From Alphaproteobacteria bacterium (GTDB lineage Bacteria; Pseudomonadota; Alphaproteobacteria; GCA-2731375): DNA of 64,000 nt. Shown piece after piece: positions 1 through 8,697 of the stretch; within the stretch, counting starts at the first letter, position 1; each line of letters starts with the position of its first letter. The position numbers and the translations under genes are program-made. The notes under the pieces were generated by a model. That model did not search any database and had not been told where the DNA came from. It was given only the letters and a program-made list of their open reading frames with translations. The stretch lies in contig CBDDPY010000002.1 in NCBI GenBank assembly GCA_965232515.1, positions 3,040,001-3,104,000 on the forward strand, given 5' to 3'.

Positions 1-231
1 GTCGGCTGCATCATGACCTTCATGCTCGCCGCCGGTTCCTACGCCGTGCCGGTGATGCTGGGCAGCACGACGTCGAAATGGTTCACCGAGATCATCTACG
101 ACCAGTTCTACGAGGGCGGCGACTGGAGCCTGGGCTCGGCCTATGCCTTCGTGCTGCTGTTCACCTGCATTGTCTTCATCATGCTGATGATGCGGCTGTT
201 CAAGGTCAGCCTGCAGGACATCGCGAAGTAG
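1..231 (+). CDS. ABC transporter permease (PotB-like), C-terminal part truncated by window edge
   Basis: Hydrophobic C-terminus (FMLAAGSYAVPVMLG...IYDQF...W..GSAYAFVLL) typical of polyamine/opine-type permeases; directly upstream of a PotC-like gene. Confidence 0.8.
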   Translation, partial: VGCIMTFMLAAGSYAVPVMLGSTTSKWFTEIIYDQFYEGGDWSLGSAYAFVLLFTCIVFIMLMMRLFKVSLQDIAK

Positions 232-240
232 GGGCCGGCG

Positions 241-1449
241 ATGCGGAGCTTCATTCTCAAATCGCTCGAGCAGATCGCGCCGCTCGGCTATGGCCTCGTC
301 GTCGTCGCCTGCGCCCTGATCGGGCTCGACCGCGGCCTGTTCGGCTCCGGCTTCCTCGGCTTCATTGCCGGCCTGATGATCGGTGTCCTGATCGCGACGC
401 TGGTCTTCGGCCTCGCGATCCTGCTCCTCGGTATCTACCGCAACACGACCTACCAGCTCCTGCTGCAGCGCTACGGGCCTGAGGAGGCCGAGCGCATGAT
501 GTGGCGGGCCGAACAGGCCACCGGCATCCTCAGCATGCCGGCCCAGGGGCTGATGAAGATGGCGACATCGGGCTATCTGATGCTGTTCTTCCTCTACATG
601 TTCCTGCCGCTGGTGTTCATGGTCGTCGCCGCCTTCAACACGGTCGCGGTGCCGCCGACGGCGATCCCGTTCGAGGGCTTCACGCTGTCCTGGTTCGGCA
701 AGCTGTTCCAGAACGGCCCGCTCTGGCTGTCCGTGGTCAATTCGCTGATCATCGGCATCGGCGTTGTCGCGCTGTCGCTCGGGCTCGGGCTCGCCGGCGC
801 TTTGCTGATCACGCGGCTGGATACCGGCGCCCGCACCTTCCTCTATGGCGTCCTGGTCTCGCCGCTGCTGACGCCGGGCATCATCCTCGGCATCTCGACG
901 CTGGTGTTCTGGAACAATCTCGGCGTCGGCGGCGGCCTGTTCGCCGCGACGCTGGCCCAGAGCACCTTCATCTCGGCCTATTGTATGCTGATGTTCATCG
1001 CGCGGCTGCAGCGCTTCGATCCGGCGCTCGAGGAAGCCGCGCTCGACCTCGGCGCCACCCACCAGCAGGTGTTCCGCTCGATCACCCTGCCGTTCCTGCG
1101 CCCCAGCCTGCTGACGGCCGGCGTCATCGCCTTCCTGCAGTCGTTCGAGAACTTCAACACCACGGTCTTCGCCATCGGCACCGAGACCACGTTGACCATC
1201 AAGCTGGCCGCGCTGGCGCGCAAGACGCCGACGCCGGAGGTCAACGCGCTGGCCTTCATCTTCATTGCGCTCACCGTCGCCGTTGCCGTCGTTTACGAAC
1301 TGAAGCGCCGGGCCGAGAAGGCGCGCGAAGCGGTGATGGCCGAGCAGGCGAAAAGGGCGGATGCGGCCATGGCGGACGAAGAGAACGCCTTCGCGCGGAA
1401 GGACGACGCGGCCGACGGCAAGCTGGCGTCCGAGCCGCAGCCGGCTTGA
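241..1449 (+). CDS. ABC transporter permease (PotC-like) with an extra N-terminal membrane segment
   Basis: EAA loop (LEEAALDLGA..QVFRSITLP), FLQSFENF, multiple TM helices; the first ~100 aa precede the normal PotC start region. Confidence 0.85.
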   Translation: MRSFILKSLEQIAPLGYGLVVVACALIGLDRGLFGSGFLGFIAGLMIGVLIATLVFGLAILLLGIYRNTTYQLLLQRYGPEEAERMMWRAEQATGILSMPAQGLMKMATSGYLMLFFLYMFLPLVFMVVAAFNTVAVPPTAIPFEGFTLSWFGKLFQNGPLWLSVVNSLIIGIGVVALSLGLGLAGALLITRLDTGARTFLYGVLVSPLLTPGIILGISTLVFWNNLGVGGGLFAATLAQSTFISAYCMLMFIARLQRFDPALEEAALDLGATHQQVFRSITLPFLRPSLLTAGVIAFLQSFENFNTTVFAIGTETTLTIKLAALARKTPTPEVNALAFIFIALTVAVAVVYELKRRAEKAREAVMAEQAKRADAAMADEENAFARKDDAADGKLASEPQPA

Positions 1450-1454
1450 GCGGC

Positions 1455-2153
1455 ATGCGCATCACCTTCCGCTGCCCGCCCGAGCTGGACGCGCTGCTGC
1501 CCCGGCCGGTGCCGGCCAAGACGGGCCTGCCCGACTGGTTCAAGTCCATGCCGATGCGCGTGTTCGACGACGACCTCGGCGCCGATATCATGACGGTGAA
1601 GAAATGCCCGCCCTTCGTCGATGCCATGGCGCACGGCTTCCTGATGCCGCTGCCCTGCGACATCCGCGTCGCCAACGGGCGTTTCGACTGGGATTGGGAC
1701 CTGCCGCCGACCCTGACCGGCCGCCACACCCGGTCGCCGATGACGCTGCACCTGAACAGCCAGGCCGGCGGCACGCCGCTCTTCGCCGACGATGCCGTTC
1801 TGGTCAAGTTCAATTCGTTCTGGACCGTCGAACTGGCGCCTGGCTGGTCGCTGCTCTGCACGCATCCCGTCAACCGCCCCGACCTGCCGTTCACCAGCCT
1901 GACCGGCCTGGTCGACGCCGACCTCTATGCCGACAATTTCGTGAACTTCGTCGCCACCTGGCGCGATCCGGATTTCCAGGGCGTGCTCGCCAAGGGCACG
2001 CCGGTCGCCCAGTGCATCCCCGTCCGCCGCGAGGAGTTCAGCTACGCCTTCGAGACCCTCGACGGCGCCGCCGCCGAGCGCTTCCGCGCGCTCCGCACCG
2101 ACGTCGACGCCGGCCCCGGCGTCTACCGCAAGGCCCACCGCGTCAGGAAGTAA
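1455..2153 (+). CDS. Conserved hypothetical protein (DUF6065-like, possible dUTPase-like fold)
   Basis: ATG at 1455 just after the potC stop; motifs P.PA...LPDWFK, TVKKCPPFVDAM, HPVNR, TGLVDAD, KGTPVAQCIP. The ORF-track extension back to 501 is a shadow frame. Confidence 0.65.
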   Translation: MRITFRCPPELDALLPRPVPAKTGLPDWFKSMPMRVFDDDLGADIMTVKKCPPFVDAMAHGFLMPLPCDIRVANGRFDWDWDLPPTLTGRHTRSPMTLHLNSQAGGTPLFADDAVLVKFNSFWTVELAPGWSLLCTHPVNRPDLPFTSLTGLVDADLYADNFVNFVATWRDPDFQGVLAKGTPVAQCIPVRREEFSYAFETLDGAAAERFRALRTDVDAGPGVYRKAHRVRK

Positions 2154-2769
2154 GGCCGAGCGCGCGCTTCATCGCCGCCGGCGACAGCCAGAGACAGCCG
2201 TGCGAGGCGGTCGTCAGGCTCTTGACCGCATCGGCATAGCGCGAACGGTCGAGCTTTACCGCGGCGCGGTAGGCGGCCAGCGCGTCGTCCAGCCGCCGCA
2301 GCTCCTGCAGGCAATAGCCGCGGCCAAGATGGGCATCGGCATCGTCCGGCTCGGCGCCGAGATAGGCCTCGTAGACGGCGAGCGCATCGTCGAAATGGCA
2401 CAGCTCCTGTTCCGCCTGGGCCAGGCCGAACAGCGCCCGCGCATCGTCGGGCGCCCGGTCGAGCGCCGCCAGGTAATCGTCGCGCGCGCCGTCCGCCGCG
2501 CCCGCCGCCAGCCGGCCGTCGGCCCGGCGGCGCAGCGCCGAGGCCAGATTGGCTCGCGCCGCCGCGTCCGACGGTGCCTGTTCCAAGGCCCGGCTCAGGT
2601 CGGCAACGGCGCCGTCCAGGTCGTCCGCCATCAGGCGGCTGAGGCCCCTCAGGGCGAGGGCCGGCGCATGGTCGGGATCGGCTGCCAACACAGGATCGAG
2701 CAGCTCCCGCGCGCCGGCAATGTCGTCGGCGCGCAACCGCGCCAGCGCTTGTGCAAGGGTGTTGGCCAT
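2143..2769 (-). CDS. Tetratricopeptide repeat protein
   Basis: Repeated TPR patterns (A..L.GL...DL..AL...P; AH..RGY.LQEL.R.DDAL..Y..A); start uncertain (2769 or 2826). Confidence 0.8.
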   Translation of the reverse strand: MANTLAQALARLRADDIAGARELLDPVLAADPDHAPALALRGLSRLMADDLDGAVADLSRALEQAPSDAAARANLASALRRRADGRLAAGAADGARDDYLAALDRAPDDARALFGLAQAEQELCHFDDALAVYEAYLGAEPDDADAHLGRGYCLQELRRLDDALAAYRAAVKLDRSRYADAVKSLTTASHGCLWLSPAAMKRALGLTS

Positions 2770-2928
2770 GCCGCGCAGCATAGCGGCCAGGGCCGGTGAC
2801 GGAAACGGCGGCCGGCATGCCTCCATTTTGTCACCCCGTCCGGCCGCACTGCCGCTTTTGAGCCCGCGCCGAACGGGTCTAGGATTGATCTCGCACTTTA
2901 CATAATCAGAAACGAAAGGGCGTCACTC

Positions 2929-4071
2929 ATGGCTATCCCCACCGAGAATGTCGGCTCGTTGCCGCGGCCATCGAAACTTCAGGCCGCCTTCGCGGACTAC
3001 GATGCCGGCAAGATCACCCATGACCAGCTGGTCGCCGAACAGGACGCGGCCTGTCTCGACTCGATCAAACGCATGGAGGCGACGGGTTCGCCGATGGTGA
3101 CCGACGGCGAGCAGCGCGCTTCCAGCTTCGCCACCTACCCGCTGACCGACACGCTGGGCGGCACCGGCCTGGCCGAGCACCTGGCCGCCGACGGCCAGTA
3201 TTTCGCCATCTTCACCGACGGCCATCACCGGCAGCTGCCCCGCCTGACCGGCGGTCCGTTCCGCTACAAGACCTATGCCGCCGACTATCTCAAGAAGGCC
3301 ATCCCCATGGCCACCAAGCCGGTGAAGCAGGCGGTGATCGCGCCGTCCATGCTGGCGCTCTTGTATCCGCTCGACCAGGACGTGCCGGGCTACAAGCGCG
3401 ACCGCTTTCTCGAGGATCTCTGCGACGAGTGCGAGAAGGACATCCGTCAGTGCTTCGACGCCGGCGCCGTGCGCGTCTCGATCGACTTCACCGAAGGCCG
3501 CCTCGCCTGCCGCAACGATCCGAACAATCCCTGGACCGGCCGCGGCATGCTGAACCACTTCATCGAGCTCAACAACAACGTGCTGAACCGCTTCACGGCC
3601 GACGAGCGCCGCAACATCGGCATCCACACCTGCCCCGGCGGCGACTGCGATTCAACGCACAGCGCCGATGTCGACTATGCCGAGCTGCTGCCCAGCATGT
3701 TCAAGATGAACGCCGGCTATTTTCTGATCCAGCTCGCCAGCGAGCCGGACAAGGAACGGGTCTACAAGCTGATCGGCGAGCACAGCCGGGACGACGCCGA
3801 CGGCGTGCCCCAGGTCTGCTTCATCGGCGTCATCAACCCGCAGAACCCGCGCGTCGAGACGCCGAGCGAGATCTGCGACGACCTGTTGCTTGCGTCCGAG
3901 CACATCCCCGTGGCGCGCCTCGGCTCGACCGACGATTGCGGCTTCTCGCCGTTCAGCATCGACGTCAAGCCCAAGCACGGCTCGCCCGACATCGCCCGCG
4001 ACATCGCCTTCGAAAAAATTGCCGCCCGTATCGCCGGCACCAAGATGGCCGCGCAACAGCTCGGCGTCTAG
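2929..4071 (+). CDS. Short cobalamin-independent methionine synthase II family protein (MetE C-terminal domain only)
   Basis: VGSLPRP start, TDGEQR, Zn ligands HTC and DDCGF; 380 aa with no folate-binding N-terminal half. Confidence 0.85.
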   Translation: MAIPTENVGSLPRPSKLQAAFADYDAGKITHDQLVAEQDAACLDSIKRMEATGSPMVTDGEQRASSFATYPLTDTLGGTGLAEHLAADGQYFAIFTDGHHRQLPRLTGGPFRYKTYAADYLKKAIPMATKPVKQAVIAPSMLALLYPLDQDVPGYKRDRFLEDLCDECEKDIRQCFDAGAVRVSIDFTEGRLACRNDPNNPWTGRGMLNHFIELNNNVLNRFTADERRNIGIHTCPGGDCDSTHSADVDYAELLPSMFKMNAGYFLIQLASEPDKERVYKLIGEHSRDDADGVPQVCFIGVINPQNPRVETPSEICDDLLLASEHIPVARLGSTDDCGFSPFSIDVKPKHGSPDIARDIAFEKIAARIAGTKMAAQQLGV

Positions 4072-4102
4072 ACGCTCGTCAACCGCCGCCGTTGTCAGCC
4101 CG

Positions 4103-4483
4103 CTACCCGCAGGGGAAGCGGGCTTTCAGCGTCGCGATCAGGCCGTCGACGGCGGGCATGTCGCGCTGCTCGAAGTTGTCGTGCGCCCAGCGCATGAAGG
4201 CCCAGCGCACCTCGTCGGCACGGTTGCCCGTTGTCGGCAGACAGACCTTGTCGCGCTCGGCCAGGCCGGCCCGCAGATAGAGGTCGGTGAAGCCGGTGAC
4301 ATACTGCTCGCACTCCATCTCCAGCACCGCCCCGCCGCGCGAGTCGTTGTCGCCCTCGGTGCAGGGCAGCAACAGCTCGCGCACGGAATAGTCCGACACG
4401 TCCTGGGCAGACGCCGCCAGGCCGGCGAACGCGAGACCGGCCGCCAGACCGGCCGCGCAGAGGCGACTTAGAGGTCGTTGCAT
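4103..4483 (-). CDS. Rap1a/Tai-family exported protein
   Basis: Signal peptide; pattern L...C...C..YV.G..D...VCLP...L...FPC typical of the Rap1a family; strong RBS. Confidence 0.75.
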   Translation of the reverse strand: MQRPLSRLCAAGLAAGLAFAGLAASAQDVSDYSVRELLLPCTEGDNDSRGGAVLEMECEQYVTGFTDLYLRAGLAERDKVCLPTTGNRADEVRWAFMRWAHDNFEQRDMPAVDGLIATLKARFPCG

Positions 4484-4508
4484 CGTCCGCTCCTCCCCTC
4501 TCCGATGC

Positions 4509-6881
4509 TCACGGCCGTTCCCGCGAATAGGCCTGGATGGCCTTGGACATCACCGCGCGGTGCTGCTCGTTGTTGACGAAGGCCGGCGTGTTCACCTTGG
4601 CCCAGAGCTTCTCGTCCAGCATATTCTGATGGCAGCCCATGCACAGACCGGTGCGCTCCATCTTCGCCCGCGTCGCCGCCGGCAGCGGGCTGGTTAGCGG
4701 CCAGTGCGAGCCGACCGTCACCAGCTGCTCGTTGTCGCGCGTGACGATCTGCGACAGGTCGTGGTCGAGGTCGGGGATCGCCGGCGACTGCGTCTGGAAC
4801 TGCTTCGGAATGGTCTGGCCCAGGTTGGTCTCCAGATCGACGACGAAGCCCTTGTCGTAGCCCTGCAGGAACCGCCCGTCCTCGATGCCGTAGCCCAGCG
4901 TCTTCGGATTGTTGTGACAGCTCTCGCAGCTCCGCGCCTGGCGCCCGGCCGTGTGCGGCTGCACCGCCGCGTGGTCGAGGCCCTTGCCCTCGGGCGTCAT
5001 CCAGATCTTGTTCTCGACCACGGTGTTGCCGTCCTTGTCGATCACCGTGGTGATGACCTGGCAACCCGGCATCAGCGGACTGACCCGGCCTTCGCCGTTG
5101 ATGCCGAGCGTGGGCGTCTCCCAGCGCAGATAGGACCGCGTCTCGGAGACCTTGCCTTCGCTCTTCAGGCCGTTGGTGCCGAGCGGATAGTCGGCCGACA
5201 GGCCGTTCGCCCCGCGGTCGTTCGCGGTGGTGATCCAGTCGACGTCTGTCTTGTCCTTGGAATAGTCGACCGTGATGTGGCAGCCATAGCACTGCGGCGC
5301 CCAGTCGGCGTGGCAGGCATAGCATTCCATGGTCTCCATGTGCCGGCCGACGGCCGACATCGCCACCATGGCGTTCGGCGACTTCCAGGCATTGTCCTCG
5401 CGCAACTGCTTCAGCACCGGCACGTCGAAGTCGAGCCCGGTGGCCGAGTGCAGGATCACGCGCTTGCCACGCTTGACCACGTTGCCGAACGGGTTGCCGC
5501 GCGCCGTGAGCAGATAGCCGTCCTCGGCCTCGTACTCCGTGGCGAAGTACATGAAGTCCGGCAGCTCGTCGGTCAGGCCACGCGGCGTGTCGCCGATGTC
5601 CATGGCGTGTTCTTCGCCATAGCCCAGCGGCAGCTCCCAGGGGAACTTCGTCACCGTGCCGTGGCAGTCCTCGCACTCGATCTCGACCTGCGCCAGCGTG
5701 GTGCCGAACAGGTTGCCGTCGCCGTGCATGTCGATCGACGTATGGCAGTCCTGGCACAACAGGCCGCCCTGCGGGTTGCCGGCCCGGCTCTGGACCTGGT
5801 GGTGCAGGTCGTCCTTGATAAAGAGATAGTTCTTGGTATGCAGCTTCGGCTGCTTGCCGCCGCCGGCGTTATACGGGCTACCATAGGGGAATTCCATGAT
5901 GCCCTGATAGCTGACGCCGATGCGCTTGCCGCGGTTGTGGCAGGTGTTGCAGGTTTCCGTCGGAATGCCGGAGTATTCGAGCCCGTTGTGCGAGACCTTC
6001 GACTTCCGGGTCGCCTGCATGCGGTGGACCAGCAGATGGCCGGACTGTTCCTTGTTGATGGTCGGATCGCCGCCCTCGTAACGGCCCTCGTTGGAATAGG
6101 GCACGTGGCAGGACGAGCAGCCGGTGCCGCGATAGTCGCCGCGCTTTTCCCGGCCCGACACGCCGACATGGCAGCGCTGGCACTGCTGGCGCGAATAGGT
6201 GATGCCGGCGAGATTGGGATGGGTCGAGATCTGGTTCACGTCGACCGCCGGGACCTGCTTCATCTCGGTCGGCATCTGGTCGGGATGCGCTTCCGCAAAG
6301 GCCGTCATGTATGCCTTGTAGGCGTCAGTGCCGACCGCCGGTTCGATGCCGTCCTCGTCGGTTTGCGTGTAGTTGCCCCAGACCACCTTGCGGTCGGTCT
6401 GCACGCCCCAGGACCAGAGGTTGCCCTGCAGCTTGCCGGCCTCCGTGTTCATCAGCGACTTCAACAACCGCGAGGCATAACCCTGGTGGCACTGGCCGCA
6501 GGTGCGCTCGCCGACGAAGACCGTTCCCGGATCGGGGAAGAACATGTCCGGCCCGTCGTTCTTGGAAAGCTCGGCCGGCGCGCCCTGGTGCGCGGCTTCG
6601 GCCGTGGTGGCGTTCGGGGTGCCGCCGTGGCAGACGACGCAGCCGCCGGGATCGCCGACATCGACGCCCATCAACTCGATGGTTTCCTGCATGGGCCCGT
6701 CGCTGAATCGCTCGATGCCCTCGTGGCAGGACAGGCAGCCCTTCTCGTCGGCCAGCTGTTGCGAGACGTTCGCCGGCGCCGCGGCCTCAACCGTGGCGCT
6801 GCCGCCCGGCCACTCGATCAACGCGGCCGCGGCAAAGACACCCCAAATCCCCCATCGTCCCCATGTCCGGATCAGCCGCAT
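4509..6881 (-). CDS. Multiheme c-type cytochrome, 12 CxxCH motifs, 790 aa, exported
   Basis: CLSCH, CVVCH, CGQCH, CQRCH, CSSCH, CNTCH, CQDCH, CEDCH, CYACH, CYGCH, CESCH, CMGCH; ATG 6881 with GGGAGG RBS; N-terminal hydrophobic leader. Confidence 0.9.
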   Translation of the reverse strand: MRLIRTWGRWGIWGVFAAAALIEWPGGSATVEAAAPANVSQQLADEKGCLSCHEGIERFSDGPMQETIELMGVDVGDPGGCVVCHGGTPNATTAEAAHQGAPAELSKNDGPDMFFPDPGTVFVGERTCGQCHQGYASRLLKSLMNTEAGKLQGNLWSWGVQTDRKVVWGNYTQTDEDGIEPAVGTDAYKAYMTAFAEAHPDQMPTEMKQVPAVDVNQISTHPNLAGITYSRQQCQRCHVGVSGREKRGDYRGTGCSSCHVPYSNEGRYEGGDPTINKEQSGHLLVHRMQATRKSKVSHNGLEYSGIPTETCNTCHNRGKRIGVSYQGIMEFPYGSPYNAGGGKQPKLHTKNYLFIKDDLHHQVQSRAGNPQGGLLCQDCHTSIDMHGDGNLFGTTLAQVEIECEDCHGTVTKFPWELPLGYGEEHAMDIGDTPRGLTDELPDFMYFATEYEAEDGYLLTARGNPFGNVVKRGKRVILHSATGLDFDVPVLKQLREDNAWKSPNAMVAMSAVGRHMETMECYACHADWAPQCYGCHITVDYSKDKTDVDWITTANDRGANGLSADYPLGTNGLKSEGKVSETRSYLRWETPTLGINGEGRVSPLMPGCQVITTVIDKDGNTVVENKIWMTPEGKGLDHAAVQPHTAGRQARSCESCHNNPKTLGYGIEDGRFLQGYDKGFVVDLETNLGQTIPKQFQTQSPAIPDLDHDLSQIVTRDNEQLVTVGSHWPLTSPLPAATRAKMERTGLCMGCHQNMLDEKLWAKVNTPAFVNNEQHRAVMSKAIQAYSRERP

Positions 6882-7170
6882 AATACGCCCTCCCTGATGC
6901 CGTCCCGGGGTCCGCGTCGCCGCCCTCCAACATCCCCTTTGGAGCACCGCGCGCGGGATATGTAGGGGGAATCTTAGCCGAAGAACCGAATTTGTTTCTA
7001 CCAAGCGCTTGGCTTGGTTATTCCGAGTTAATTGGCGGGTCTTGTTTCAGTTTTGTGATGCATCGTTTGGCGGAAAGCCGGGAAAAGGCAGCCGAACATC
7101 GCCCAATCCTCTGGCGGGGACCGAACAATATCCGAGTCATCTACTGTGTTAATTGCAGCCGCAGCCGGCA

Positions 7171-7992
7171 TCACGCCGCTGACAGCTCAAATACGCGACG
7201 GGCGTTGCCGGAGAGGAACAGCGCCTGCACGTCGTCGGCCAGGTCGAGGGCGTCGAGGCCAGCGAGGCAGCGGCTGGGCGACAGCATGGGCCAGTTGGTC
7301 CCGAACAGGACGCGGCTCTTGCCGGCGCCTTTCATGAAGGCGACGAGCTCGGGCGGCAGGCGATGCACGGCATAGGCCGAGGTGTCGACATAGAAATTCG
7401 GGAACTTGTGGGCGAGCGAGATCACCTCGTTCACCCAGGGGAAGCCGACATGGCCGCCGACCACGACGAGCTCGGGAAACTCGAGCAGCACGTCCTCCAG
7501 ATAGGGGATCGGCCGGCCCGGCTCAGAGCGGCAGAGCGGCCCGGTATGGCCGATCTGTGTGCAGAACGGCACGCCGGCATCGATGCAGGCGGCGTAGACC
7601 GGATAGTAGCGCCGGTCGTTCGGCGGCAGGTCCCAGAGCCAGGGCACGACCCGCACGCCGACAAAGCGCTCGCCATCCACCCACTGCCGGATGTCGCGCA
7701 CTGCCTGCATCGGCTCCCGAAGGTCAACCGTCGCCAGGCCCCGGAACCGGTCCGGCGCCTGTTCGATCTTCCCGGCCACGTCCTCGTTCGAAATCAGCAC
7801 CCCGTCCGGCCCGCACCAGGCCGACAGCAGGGCAATCTCCACCCCGCCCTCATCCATGGCCGCAAGCGTCGTCTCGACCGTCGGCACGCTGCCGTCGTCC
7901 GGCCGCCCGGTCCAGCGCAGCAGCGTTTTCAGCCACGGCGCCGCCGCCATGCGCGGCGTCGTGATCTGCGCCCAAACATCGATCGCGCCCAT
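7171..7992 (-). CDS. Amidohydrolase family 2 protein
   Basis: IDVW.Q, GHTGP, GGHVGFPW, YVDTSAY, VLFGTNWP, LFLSGNARRVF motifs. Confidence 0.85.
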   Translation of the reverse strand: MGAIDVWAQITTPRMAAAPWLKTLLRWTGRPDDGSVPTVETTLAAMDEGGVEIALLSAWCGPDGVLISNEDVAGKIEQAPDRFRGLATVDLREPMQAVRDIRQWVDGERFVGVRVVPWLWDLPPNDRRYYPVYAACIDAGVPFCTQIGHTGPLCRSEPGRPIPYLEDVLLEFPELVVVGGHVGFPWVNEVISLAHKFPNFYVDTSAYAVHRLPPELVAFMKGAGKSRVLFGTNWPMLSPSRCLAGLDALDLADDVQALFLSGNARRVFELSAA

Positions 7993-8003
7993 GCCAAATC
8001 TCC

Positions 8004-8027
8004 ATTTACTTCACTTATGAAGTAAAT
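8004..8027. promoter_or_regulatory. Putative MarR operator, perfect inverted repeat ATTTACTTCA-N4-TGAAGTAAAT
   Basis: 10-bp arms seen directly, AT-rich, immediately upstream of the amidohydrolase and divergent from a MarR gene. Confidence 0.7.
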
Positions 8028-8084
8028 AATCACCTATACGGACGAACGCAAGGCCGGCAGTTAAGGATGCCGCCCCGGGTGCCG

Positions 8085-8173
8085 CTGGATGCCCGGATCA
8101 AGTCCGGGCATGACCGTTAAGGCATTGACGCAACAAACAATTCGTCATTGCCGGACTTGGCCCGGCAATCCAG
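8085..8173. repeat. REP doublet (REPIN-like), family A copy 1
   Basis: CTGGATGCCCGGATCAAGTCCGGGCATGAC followed by the inverted copy GTCATTGCCGGACTTGGCCCGGCAATCCAG; second copy at 12497-12585. Confidence 0.8.
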
Positions 8174-8238
8174 GGCAAAGCGTCGTGCCGGTCCGCGAAG
8201 ATTGGCGCGCGTGATCGACAGCCGTTAGTCTGTGCGCC

Positions 8239-8697
8239 ATGTCGGCCGCCGAACACCGCCTCTATTTTCTGTTGCAGATCGCCGCCCACCGCCTGCGCAC
8301 CGAGGCCGACCGGGCGCTGCTGGACACGGCCGGCGTGACCACGGCGCAAGCCGCCGTGCTGCAGCTTGTCGCCAGCCTGTCCGAGCCGACCCAGCGCAAG
8401 CTCGCCGAGTTGCTGCAGCAGAACGAGTCAGCGATCACCGCCATGGTCGGCCGGCTGACGGCGGCGGGCCTGATCGTCCGCGCCCCGCACCCGACCGACG
8501 GCCGGGCCTGGATCCTCGAACTGACGCCGCAGGGCGAGGCCGCGATCGAGGCCGGCCGTCCGGCCTTCAACGCCATCAACGCCGCCCTCGACGCCGCCAT
8601 CGGTGACAAAAACACCGCCCGGTTCGGCGCCACGCTCCGGGCCATCACCGACGAACTTGCCGCCCGGCAGCGGGATGGCGACAAGGCCGCCGACTAA
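8239..8697 (+). CDS. MarR family transcriptional regulator
   Basis: T.AQ..VL, TQRKLAE, SAITAMVGRL...GLI.R...P.DGRA..L.LT..G motif. Confidence 0.9.
   Translation: MSAAEHRLYFLLQIAAHRLRTEADRALLDTAGVTTAQAAVLQLVASLSEPTQRKLAELLQQNESAITAMVGRLTAAGLIVRAPHPTDGRAWILELTPQGEAAIEAGRPAFNAINAALDAAIGDKNTARFGATLRAITDELAARQRDGDKAAD

Noticed and set aside
501-1454. Long upstream extension of the 1455-2153 gene overlapping potC, suggesting a frameshift fusion
   Set aside because: Arg/Gly-rich shadow translation; potC is intact and a clean ATG lies at 1455
4103-4483. Type VI secretion locus suggested by the Rap1a-like gene
   Set aside because: No effector, vgrG, hcp or tss gene in the window
4704-6965. 753-aa plus-strand ORF; similar long antisense ORFs at 8787-10325, 14607-16886, 27739-29559 and 48436-50739
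   Set aside because: Mirror frames of well-supported genes; high-GC codon bias removes stops on the opposite strand and the translations show no motifs
6900-7150. FNR/CRP box upstream of the multiheme cytochrome
   Set aside because: The region is AT-richer but I found no acceptable TTGAT-N4-ATCAA or TGTGA-N6-TCACA match
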